Positions 1 through 10,144 of a stretch of DNA of 15,830 nt are shown piece after piece; within the stretch, counting starts at the first letter, position 1, and each line of letters starts with the position of its first letter. Both the position numbers and the translations under genes were made by a program. Origin of the DNA: Octopus sinensis (Eukaryota); contig NW_021825258.1 of assembly GCF_006345805.1 (NCBI RefSeq), forward strand, positions 1 to 15,830. The letters are read 5' to 3'. The notes beneath the pieces were generated by a model. That model saw nothing but the letters and a program-made list of their open reading frames with translations. It had not been told where the DNA came from and ran no database searches.

Positions 1-135
1 CGCTGCGATATAGCGCTTCAGGGTCAACTCCCCTTAGTGCTTTGAGGAAGTCGTCTCCAATGCGTACTTCCACAATGAACCAGCTGCCAAGAAGCAAATC
101 ACATAGAATGAGCACATGAATCCGATAGTGCCGAC

Positions 136-144
136 ATATATATC

Positions 145-180
<36 letters not shown>

Positions 181-210
181 ATATATATATAATAATATAT
201 AGATATATAT
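136..210. repeat. (TA)n microsatellite
   Basis: Direct inspection. Confidence 0.95.
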
Positions 211-291
211 AGTAGCTTAAAGGTAAAGCAATTGGCTGGTCATCAAACAGATGTGAGTTCGAGTCTCATAACTAACCGCAGGTTATTTTTT
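211..291 (+). pseudogene. tRNA-like sequence (tRNA pseudogene or isolated SINE head)
   Basis: A-box-like TAGCTTAAAGG (213-223). D stem GCTT/AAGC (215-218/226-229). T arm GTGAG-TTCGAGT-CTCAT (253-269). T6 run at 286-291. The acceptor stem does not pair; its 5' side runs into (TA)n. Confidence 0.55.
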
Positions 292-304
292 CTGCAATGT
301 AAGG

Positions 305-488
305 ATATTGCTGGGGCACTGCCTTAAAGAATTTTTTCTCGAATGTATCTACACCGGCACTTTTTATTAGGCTGGCATTTATTCTATCGCACTCTCACTT
401 ACCGAACCGCTACACACACCAACATCGATTGTCAAACGATGGTGGGGGGGGGGACAAACACAAGGAAAAGACACCCATATATATGTGT

Positions 489-531
<43 letters not shown>

Positions 532-690
532 GACAGTTTTCTTCCCGACTCCGTCTTCCAAGTTCCACTCACATGCCTTCGGTCGGCTCAGGGATATAGT
601 AAACATTGACCCAAGGTGCCTGCCACGTAGTGAGTCTGAACACGGAACCACTTCGTTCCAAAGTAAAATTCTTACCGCGCAGCAATGCCT
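305..690 (-). mobile_element. Bipartite tRNA-derived SINE, family A, copy 1 (degenerate, uninterrupted; internal (TA)n at ~477-530)
   Basis: 305-476 aligns by eye with 8152-8350 and 9513-9728 (GCACYGCC...ATTCTATC...CGATGGTGG...ACAAACAC). 531-690 aligns with 8945-9109 and 10145-10301 (TCCACTCAC...CCAAGGTGCC...CTTACC). Confidence 0.8.
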
Positions 691-814
691 ATGCACGCAC
701 GCAAGCCTGTATGTCCTTGTATTTATATACATATATACATGTATGTATATTGATAGCAATATATAGATAAGTATATACATATAAACGTACAATTTATGTC
801 ACCCCCCTCTCTCG

Positions 815-1165
815 CTCTCTCTCTCTATATATATATAATATATATTATAATATATATATGTATATATATATGTAAATGTATATATATATATGTAGATATA
901 TATAATATATATATATATATATAAATAAGTTTATTTATATATATATATGTACACATACATATATATATATGTATGTATATATTATATATATATGTATATG
1001 TATAATACATATATATATAATCATATATATACACATACATATATACATATTTATGCATGTATATATTATATGATATATATTATATATATATATATAATAT
1101 ATATATATACATATATATACCTATATATATGATTGTGTGTGATTGTGTGTGTGCATGTATGCGTG
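815..1165. repeat. Compound (TC)n/(TA)n/(TATG)n/(TG)n microsatellite field
   Basis: Direct inspection. Confidence 0.9.
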
Positions 1166-1599
1166 TGTGCGTGTGCAGAGAAAAAAATTTGCAGAGAGCA
1201 TCTATGCATGTAATACTCTCATTATTGGCCACGTCTAGACGGAAACAACTATCGGTTCCCATGGTGTAATTCCAAAATTCGTTGATTTGTTGATATTTGC
1301 TCCAGTATTTTCTTTATCTGTGCAAGTAAATTAATGCTATCTCCTTTATATTAGATATTCCAATAGACACAATTAGGCTTAGATTGTCTCCAGCTGGACG
1401 CCATTGTTCAAGGGGGTCTGGATGTGTGTCTGTGTGTGTTAGTGTGTACTTAGGTACAATGCAAGCGACCATCAGATGTGTACATATGTAATAAGCTGAA
1501 CTTTCGCTTATCTCCGTTGCCCTTAGAGGTGCACTGTTCGTATTATTATTGCGGACGTATAATCTGTGAATAATTTATGTATGCGGTATCTATGCTTAT

Positions 1600-1832
1600 A
1601 AATATATATATATATTATATATGTATATATATTTGTATATATATATATATGTATATATATATGTTGTGATATATATATATATTATATATATATACACACA
1701 TATATATATATTATATATGTGTGTATATATATTATATAATATATATATATATATTATATATATATATATATATTATACATATATATATATATATACATAC
1801 TACAGATATACATATATGTATATATGGATATA

Positions 1833-1872
<40 letters not shown>

Positions 1873-1935
1873 GTATTTAATGCACCTTTACATATATATA
1901 TGTATATTCATTACCTACATACATTCGTACACACC

Positions 1936-2013
<78 letters not shown>

Positions 2014-2015
2014 CA
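1600..2015. repeat. Interrupted (TA)n field with (CA)n
   Basis: Direct inspection. Confidence 0.9.
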
Positions 2016-2174
2016 TATACCTACACAGTCAGAGAAACAGAATTTGCTTGTTTCATGTACACATACTTAGACGCATTGCCACACGCGTTAGGCAAATTGA
2101 GATGACAGTGAGAGGTGGGTAGACAGACAGACTGACAAGGAGACCGACAGACATGTAGTACGTATAGAGTGATA

Positions 2175-2223
2175 AATCAAATAGATAGATAGATAGATAG
2201 ATAGATAGAGAATAGATAGATAG

Positions 2224-2258
<35 letters not shown>

Positions 2259-2259
2259 G

Positions 2260-2298
<39 letters not shown>
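2175..2298 (+). repeat. (GATA)n tetranucleotide repeat
   Basis: AGATAGATAGAT... with GA variants. Confidence 0.95.
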
Positions 2299-2364
2299 CA
2301 TAAGTATGTAATTATATACCAGTATTAGCTGTGTTTGCATATTTAGACCTGGACATTGACGTCT

Positions 2365-2402
2365 ACATGTATGTATATATGTATATGTATATATTTATGT
2401 AT

Positions 2403-2454
<52 letters not shown>

Positions 2455-2470
2455 TTACATACATATATAT
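2365..2470. repeat. (TATG)n/(TA)n microsatellite
   Basis: Direct inspection. Confidence 0.9.
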
Positions 2471-2848
2471 ACGTTGGTGGTGTTCAATATGTCTTTGCTT
2501 ATGTATTTCTGTTCGCTAATGTGTGATTATTTTCGTATGCGGTTTAAAAATAATTTCACATACTTTTCCCTACATTGGTACTTATATATGTTTTTAGCTG
2601 ATACATCCATAATTGACAAAGAAGTCAGTGGGTTATCATAATATACAATGTGAAGGTGGGGAAAAATAAAACATTACGTTGTTTATGTATTTTAATATTC
2701 ATTTATTTATTTATGCGTAAAATAATTGTTGGAACAACTCAATCGACAGAAGCGATGGGGTTATAACACGCATGCACTCACTAACACACACAAACACACG
2801 TACATGCACACCTCGACCCAACACAGCTAATATACATGTGTGTATACG

Positions 2849-2849
<1 letters not shown>

Positions 2850-2906
<57 letters not shown>

Positions 2907-2910
2907 AACG

Positions 2911-2955
<45 letters not shown>

Positions 2956-3007
2956 ACATGTATATATATATTTCTCGCAGTCACACATGGAGCTATATAT
3001 GTATATA

Positions 3008-3051
<44 letters not shown>

Positions 3052-3178
3052 TATATACATACGTACACGCACACATGTATAATGTGTATATATATGTGTT
3101 TATATATATTATATATATATAATATATATATATTATATATATATATATTATATATATATATATAACTTATATATATAT
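2850..3178. repeat. Compound (TA)n/(GA)n microsatellite field
   Basis: Direct inspection; (GA)n at about 2884-2905. Confidence 0.9.
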
Positions 3179-4610
3179 CAGGTTAATATAGATAAGAAAA
3201 ATCGTTTTCAGTTTACTGTAGATTCCAGTTAATAGATGCAGATTTTCTTCTTAATTTCCTGAATGTTTCGTGTTTTCTCACCACATCTGCACATAATTAA
3301 TGAACACAAAACATGTACATCTAGTTTTATTGGCCAGGACTTTTTCAATTATTTCACCACATTTGATTCCAATGTTTTCTCAAAAGTAATGTTAGAACAA
3401 AACCGACTACAATGTCATATATTTAGTTTTTTTTTTATTATATATTCTTCCATTCCCAGAATATTCAGTAATTGTGTTCTATATTTTACGACACCTGGTG
3501 CTAATGTGTTATTTTATAATCGGGTTTTTACGGTTATATTTATCCCCATCAGTTAATATGTGTTATGTGCTTACTAATGTTATAAATTAATTTTTACTAT
3601 TATCGAGCAATAGTTAGAGTTCTTATCCCTGCTTTTTTTATTTTCTATACTTTTTTGCTTTTAAGAGATATACTTGCCATTGTATAAATCTTGATTTATA
3701 TCTGAGAACTAAACTGTGATTAAAAATCATTCCAGCAATGACCTTCTAGTGGCTATTTAAGTAATGTGTTCGTATAAAGTTAATGGGTAGCATGTGGCGC
3801 TGACGACAAAGCAATAATTCCTGATATACTCATATACACATATTGCCAATTTTCCCGTCTTCTATCGCATGCTTTAACATAGACGTATTCGTATGCGAAA
3901 CGTTGTAGCTTTCAGTGGTAGCTGTTATTTCTAAAGACAATCTGTAGAGATATCGTTAAAAGGTGATTGAATCGCGTTGCTAACAGAGCTAAGACACAAT
4001 ATTAACATATTATCCGTTAATATACTCGGTAATATATTATGTTTCCCTAACAATACGGTGTCTTTTATTTATTTGCATTATTCTTGACTCTTTCTTAAAA
4101 CACTGGTCATTGATAATTTGTGACAGGACATCGCCTGTCATTGTTGTGTGGTATAAATTTAAAATGTAAAACCATTTTCATGAAAAAATACCAACCCTAT
4201 CGTACGATATTATCAGGCAACATCTGACCATTTCATAGAATTATAAACCAATTGTTAATCTATAATAACAAAGGCTTTAAAGCGTGTTCTGCGTGATTAG
4301 TTTACGAATCGTCAACTGGAATATTGCGTCTGGTGCACTTCGAGCTTACTAGGGAACTATGTAAAGTTTTATTTATAAACGTGTAGAATTTTACAATATC
4401 GTAATGCATGCGCTTACACAAATAATATTAAGCCACTTGATAACAATTAACAGGTGATTCTTTCACGGGAGAGAAGAGACATTTTCACAATTTTCAATGT
4501 TTCTCCTTATGTGGTAAGGTTTTGCCTAATCTTTTCCAATAGTAATTTCCCTATGGGACACAAGTATCGAAAGAACTATAATTAAAATAGTCATCTGTAT
4601 TCTTTCATAC

Positions 4611-4918
4611 TCTGGTTAGGAATATTCGGCTCATTATCATAGGATTGCGAGTTCGATTCCCGGCAATGCGTTGTGTCCTTCAGCAAGACACTTTATTTCC
4701 CGTAACTCTTGTTCACTGAGCTGGAGAAATGAGCTTACCTTTTACTTCAACGGGCCAGATTTGTTATATCCTGTAACACACGGGATCTTCTTGAGTACTA
4801 AGTGAATGGTACGCGTGTATGTGGAGGTCTCAGCCACTTATACGTTAATTTCAATAGCAGCCCCTTTCTGTTGGTCGGGATCAACTGGAACCCTCGTCGC
4901 CGCCACCGAGAGAGCATC
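4611..4918 (+). mobile_element. tRNA-derived SINE with CORE-like central segment (family C)
   Basis: TGGTTAGG A-box remnant (4613-4620) and B box GTTCGATTCC (4651-4660), followed by GTTGTGTCCTTCAGCAAGACACTTTA, which resembles the CORE-SINE motif. The GC-richer body ends at ...GGATCAACTGGAACCCTCGTCG. Recalled as a common Octopus SINE; the family name is unverified. Confidence 0.75.
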
Positions 4919-5694
4919 AGTAATAAAAAGAATCTCTTTCAACATTGTCAGTGATCACGGGATCAAGCTACGTATCAGGCATATAGAAATAACGAAGCCC
5001 TTAATTAATCGCGTAATCTATTCCCTGTCCAATTTATGTGTCGTTCTAATATGTTAATTCATAGGGTTAAATTCTCCTTTGAGAAGAAGGAATAAAACTA
5101 TGATATATATCGTTTATTAATAATCAATTTATAAGAGATTCTCATAAATATTTGCGCATTTAGATGTTCAGATGACGCCTGCCTACTTCAAAATTAAAAT
5201 ATTCGCGAAATTAAAGGATGATAATATCAAATTTAATGAAATTCAATGACACATTATTGAATATCTTCCTACACTATTTGTTCCATAAGATGAGATATAT
5301 GTCCTGCAGACAAAAGCAGACATTCAGTTACAGACTTTGTTTACCGTCAAACAAAAGATCTGAACTGGAGAATACTTGCAGACGATTCCACCATTATTTA
5401 TTGAGAATTTACCAACTTAAAACTGTCAAGATTATATTATTTTCTGCACACAGTACTTTCTGCACATAGCACATAGTACCATACTCCAAAATACGATCAA
5501 GTTCCTTTTAAAAAGGAAGCATTAATTAACACTTGACGGATCTCTTCACTTTGTTTGATTTACCAATATGGTACTGAAGATATTATGCTCGCAAATATTT
5601 AGGATACGAATATCACATATTCTTCAATTTCTTTCGTTCAACAATTACGATAGAATTCCATCAGTCGTCTAGTTTTGCATTTTTTCATATATAT

Positions 5695-5820
5695 GTTGTT
5701 GTTGCTTGTTCCTTCTCGAACCATGCCTGGCTCATAAGGGCAGGTCCCTAGTTCCATTGGCGTATAGGTTCCCCACTTGGACGGTCCATCGCAGGTGAGC
5801 TGCAAAATGCAGGAGGAAAG
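5695..5820 (-). mobile_element. 3' fragment of SINE family B2 (same tail as 14959-15228)
   Basis: GTTCCTTCTCGA.CCA.GCCTGGCTCATAAGGGC...GGCGTATAGGTTCCCCAC...GCAGGTGAGCTGCAA..T.CAGGAGGAAA matches 14959-15087. It has a (GTT)n tail and an 8-nt internal deletion. Confidence 0.9.
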
Positions 5821-6119
5821 AATAGTTTTTCGTTAAAATAACACTGATAATAGGAGAAAACCGATAGTAAAATAGGGCTACAATGTAATGAACGGCAAGG
5901 CCAACGAAATTAAGGAAACAATAGGTATAAAAAATATAGAATAGATGGTAGTTAAATGGGTAGATAGATTATGGGTTTAAATAATAGTCTTCATATATAG
6001 AAACTCATGTAAAATCGGTCATATGTTTTCAATAAAAAATTTAGCTTTAAGAAGCAGCAATGCCGGCGCGCAATGGCCGTGTGCTAAAGAAAGGTTGAAT
6101 AAAATAAATGTAAATATGT

Positions 6120-6216
6120 ATCAACACATACACACAGACACGTATATAAACATATACATATATACGTATGTATATATATATATATATGTGTGTGTGTGTG
6201 CTTCTGTGTATGTATG

Positions 6217-6268
<52 letters not shown>

Positions 6269-6520
6269 TGCATGTATTTATATTAATTCGTGTATGTATA
6301 TATGTGTTTGTGTATTTATATATATATGTATGTATGTGTATATATACATATAAGTAAAATATGAACGTACATATATATATATATATATAAAAGAGAGAGA
6401 GAAGAGAGAGAGATGTGTATGTATGTATGTTTGTATATATGTAGGTGTGCATGTATATAGAAATATATACACATATAGTTATGAACACATGCGCACACAT
6501 ATATATGCATGTATATGTTA
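6120..6520. repeat. Compound (TA)n/(TG)n/(TATG)n/(GA)n field
   Basis: Direct inspection. Confidence 0.88.
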
Positions 6521-6534
6521 TATAATATCAAAAA

Positions 6535-6713
6535 GATGATGATAATGACGATGATGATGATGATGATCATCATCATCATCATCTCATCATCATCATCTAC
6601 GTCGTCGTCGTCGTCATCATCATCATCATCATCATCATCAACAGCACTAGCAACAGCAACATTATCACCATCATCGTCATCATCATCATCATCATCGTCA
6701 TCATCATCATCAT
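6535..6713. repeat. (GAT)n switching to (ATC)n/(GTC)n trinucleotide repeat
   Basis: Direct inspection; the strand switch is at 6566/6567. Confidence 0.95.
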
Positions 6714-6989
6714 TCTGAAAGTCAAGGATGATAGAGGCCAGATTTATGAAAGCAATCAGTTCGAAACTAAAGAACTGGTGATAGCTTCTCTTGCAAATGG
6801 TTCTAAGATTGTCGAGTTTTTGATTGGCAGAGACACGGCACTCGTTTTACATGAAAATTGAAGCAGGGAAGGTGAGAAAAACAATTTACCTGTCAGAGAC
6901 GCATTTCACACACCGCTCCTTGCAAATCTGCTCGAGTAATTGAAAATTTAATAAACGTCTATTGTGACAGATTTCACAAATGTGTAGGT

Positions 6990-7005
6990 GCGTATGTATA
7001 TATAC

Positions 7006-7036
<31 letters not shown>

Positions 7037-7046
7037 CTATACAGAT

Positions 7047-7130
<84 letters not shown>

Positions 7131-7166
7131 GAATATACATATATACATATGTACACACACACACAC

Positions 7167-7215
<49 letters not shown>

Positions 7216-7358
7216 CTATGTATGTGTGTGTGTATTTATACATACTTTTATATATGAAATATATATACTTGTCGTACATTCATATATACACGCATAAATA
7301 TATATGTACATAAGTATATAGGCAAGTGGACTTATGCGTATGTATATACATGTATTTT

Positions 7359-7391
<33 letters not shown>

Positions 7392-7596
7392 GTGCATATT
7401 TGTAAAAATGCGTACATGCATGTATGCGTGTGTTTGTGTATGTGTGTATATGTGGGTTAAAGTGCATATATATTTACCACTAATTATGTATATACGTATG
7501 TAAACATTTATGGGTGTATGTATATAGTAAGCACATTTACACACAGGCATATATATATGTGTGTGTGTGTAGATAGATAGATAGATAGATAGATAT

Positions 7597-7681
<85 letters not shown>

Positions 7682-7890
7682 CAGATAAATGGATGGATAT
7701 ATTCATTATGCAATATATCATAGAATCGTACATGTATATCGCACATATATCGATAAATACATTTAAACATAGAAATAACCCTACGCATAGTTTTTTGCAA
7801 GGGAATATCTTTACATAAGCAAGCATACATACACACAAACATGCATACATACATACATACATACATACATACATACATACATACATACAA
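6990..7890. repeat. Large compound microsatellite field: (CATA)n, (TA)n, (TG)n, (GATA)n at ~7570-7690, (CATA)n at ~7845-7888
   Basis: Direct inspection. Confidence 0.9.
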
Positions 7891-8151
7891 AGCGTATACG
7901 CTCTCGGAAATGAAGGTATAGACATCTCCGTTGCCACGTTTGGAATCGTTTGAGTAAATGTGCAATTGTCCTATAATGAATCCGTTATATACAATTATAC
8001 AGCGTCAATTAAAATTCCAGATGCTCACTGATACACACAAGTCATTGTCATGGAAACAGGCCAGTTTACTGATTTGCAATGCTTAACTGCAATCAAGCCT
8101 GTTTCGAGGCAACAAGCAAGAAATCAGTCACAGGTAAAAGACAGGTGTACA

Positions 8152-8350
8152 TCTTTTCTTCTCTTTTTTTTTTTTTACTTGTTTCAGCACCGCCTTTTAG
8201 TCGAAGAATTCGAACCCTGAACTTATTCTTTGTAAGCCTGATATTTATCCTATCTGTCTCTTTTAGCGAACGGCTAGGCTACTGGAAGGTAAACACACCA
8301 AGATCGGCTGTCAAGCGATGGTGGAATGAAAGACACAGACACAGACACAA
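8152..8350 (-). mobile_element. SINE family A copy 2, 3' half
   Basis: TTTTACTTGTTTCAGCACCGCCTTTTAGTCGAA...TTATTCTTTGTAAGCC...TCAAGCGATGGTGG...ACACAGACAC, homologous to 9513-9728. Confidence 0.85.
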
Positions 8351-8483
8351 CCACATACACACACATATACATACATACATATATACCTACACATATACAT
8401 ACATACATATATATACTTATATACGGTGCCGAGTTTACAATCCTGTAAATAATAATAATGGTATTTTTATATAAGGTTAACGA

Positions 8484-8589
8484 TTATGGCGATCACCGTG
8501 CAATGACTAAGGGAAATAGTCTAATAAGTGGGCTTATATGCCCTTCTATTAGACTATTTTCCTTAGCTATTGCATGGTGAACCCCATAA
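8484..8589. repeat. 106-bp imperfect inverted repeat (50-bp arms, 6-nt loop)
   Basis: Arm 8484-8533 versus the reverse complement of 8540-8589: 41/50 identical with no gaps. Loop TTATAT at 8534-8539. Confidence 0.95.
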
Positions 8590-8618
8590 GTCATATATAT
8601 ATATATATATATATATAT

Positions 8619-8909
8619 GCAGGCACAATGACCCAGTGGTTAGGGCAGCGGACTCGCGGTCGTAGGATCGCGGTTTCGATTCCCAGACCGGGCGCTGTGA
8701 GTGTTTAATGAGCGAAAACACCTAAAACCTCAACGCCGCTCCGGCAAGGGGTGGTGATCCCTGCTGTACTTTTTCACCACAGCTTTCTCTCACTCTTTCT
8801 TCTGTTGGCCTGCTCGCTTAGCCAGCGGGGTGGCTTCATTCAAAGGCTAAAACGTGACCAGCGATGTGTAACAACATCTGAAGGTCTGGTCGGTCACGTG
8901 ATCACGTGA
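8619..8909 (+). mobile_element. Full-length tRNA-derived SINE, family B1, inserted in (TA)n
   Basis: A box TGACCCAGTGG (8629-8639) and B box GGTTTCGATTCCC in a tRNA(Arg)-like head. The body is homologous to the reverse complement of 15075-15228. It ends in TCACGTGATCACGTGA and has (TA)n on both sides (8593-8618, 8910-8927). Confidence 0.88.
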
Positions 8910-8944
8910 TATATATATATATATATACACATACATATATATAC

Positions 8945-9109
8945 AGGATAGGCTTCTTTTAGCTCCCGTCTACCAAATCCACTCACAATGCTTTGGTCGA
9001 CCCGAGTCTATAGTAGAAGTCACTTGCCCAAGGTGCCACGCAATGGCACTGAACCCGGAACCATGTGGTTGGGAAGGAAGCTTCTTACCACACAGCCACG
9101 CCTGTACCT
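8945..9109 (-). mobile_element. SINE family A copy 2, 5' half (tRNA head plus CORE-like segment)
   Basis: The minus strand reads GGCGTGGCTGTGTGGTAAGAAG (A box)...GGTTCAGTGCC (B-box-like)...GGCACCTTGGGCAAGTG (CORE-like CCTTGGGCAAGT). Near-colinear with 10145-10301. Confidence 0.88.
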
Positions 9110-9512
9110 ATACGTATGTCTTCTATACAATAAGACAGTACGAACTGTTGAAAACTTGTTCAGCTTACTTAGTCCCCATATTTTTCCCGGCTCTCGAACT
9201 GGAGTTTAAACCCGATTCTTTACCAACGTTTCATATCCAAGTACGCCCAATGTAGAACTCAGTATTGACTTATAAAAGCGTTTCATATTCTTTGTGGTTT
9301 ATTGTCGTTGCCGAACGAGATACGGTGTCCCTACAAGTCATTCAGGTTTCAAACTCAGTAACTTCATACACATAATTCTCGATCGATGCTTCCATATATG
9401 TTCATCTCATATTACGTTGTCTAGAGAGGGTCATTAAGCCAATATTAATAACACACGCACACACACTGGCTCAGCCCCACTCCTTTCTTTATTCGTCAAT
9501 TGGTTAAGTTAG

Positions 9513-9728
9513 TCTTTTACTCTTTAACTCTTTTACACGCTTCAGGTATTTGACTGTGGCCATGCTGGAACGCCGCCTTTAGTCGAAATGTTGACCCCAG
9601 GACGTATTCTTTGTAAGCATAGTACTCATTCTATCGGTATCTTTTGCTCAACCGGTACGTTTAGAGGAAATAAAACGGTTATCAAGCGATGGTGGGAGAA
9701 CAGATACAAACACAAAGACAAACACACT
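9513..9728 (-). mobile_element. SINE family A copy 3, 3' half with (GTAAAAGA)n-type tail
   Basis: TCTTTTAC tail repeats at 9513-9536, then TTTGACTGTGGCCATGCTGG...CGCCTTTAGTCGAA...GACCCCAGGAC.TATTCTTTGTAAGC...ATCAAGCGATGGTGGG. Confidence 0.85.
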
Positions 9729-9740
9729 TAAATATACATA

Positions 9741-10117
9741 CACTTGCGTCAGAAATTAATTAGCACTTCTCAAATTTCTACATTAAATAGGTTAAATCAA
9801 TTAACCTATGAGCTGTTCAAAACGTCTTACGCGATGAGAAAACTTAGTATGGTGTGATTTCGGTCCTTGCGAGGCGCTACCTATATCTATTAAACAAAGG
9901 AAGATTTGTCTGCATCCGCACTCCAATTTGTTGCACTGCTATGTCAACATCATAAGGCTGTATACTCTCAAACTGCTCTGCAAACAAAGTTACGTCATCG
10001 TTCTGCGCAACAGTGAACTCGCAACAAAGCAATAGTTCGAGATATGGCCACTAGGTGACAGCACATACCTTGAGTGAAGAGCAAATCAAGGGTGCTAATT
10101 AATTTCTGACGGTAGAG
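9741..10117. mobile_element. Non-autonomous Tc1/mariner-like DNA transposon (MITE), 377 bp
   Basis: Perfect 20-bp inverted repeat CGTCAGAAATTAATTAGCAC (9747-9766) / GTGCTAATTAATTTCTGACG (10092-10111), extendable to 26 bp at 23/26. TA on the left (9739-9740), CA on the right (10118-10119). No transposase ORF. Confidence 0.85.
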
Positions 10118-10144
10118 CATATATATATATGTACATATATATAT

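Noticed and set aside
5310-5404. Frame containing WRILADDSTIIY, resembling an RT YADD motif
   Set aside because: The upstream RT motifs (QGSxLxP, INDL) are absent and the frame closes immediately.
6710-6860. Open plus frame KVKDDRGQIYESNQFETKELVIASLANGSKIVEFLIGRDTALVLHEN
   Set aside because: It is short, unrecognised and lacks convincing splice or start signals.
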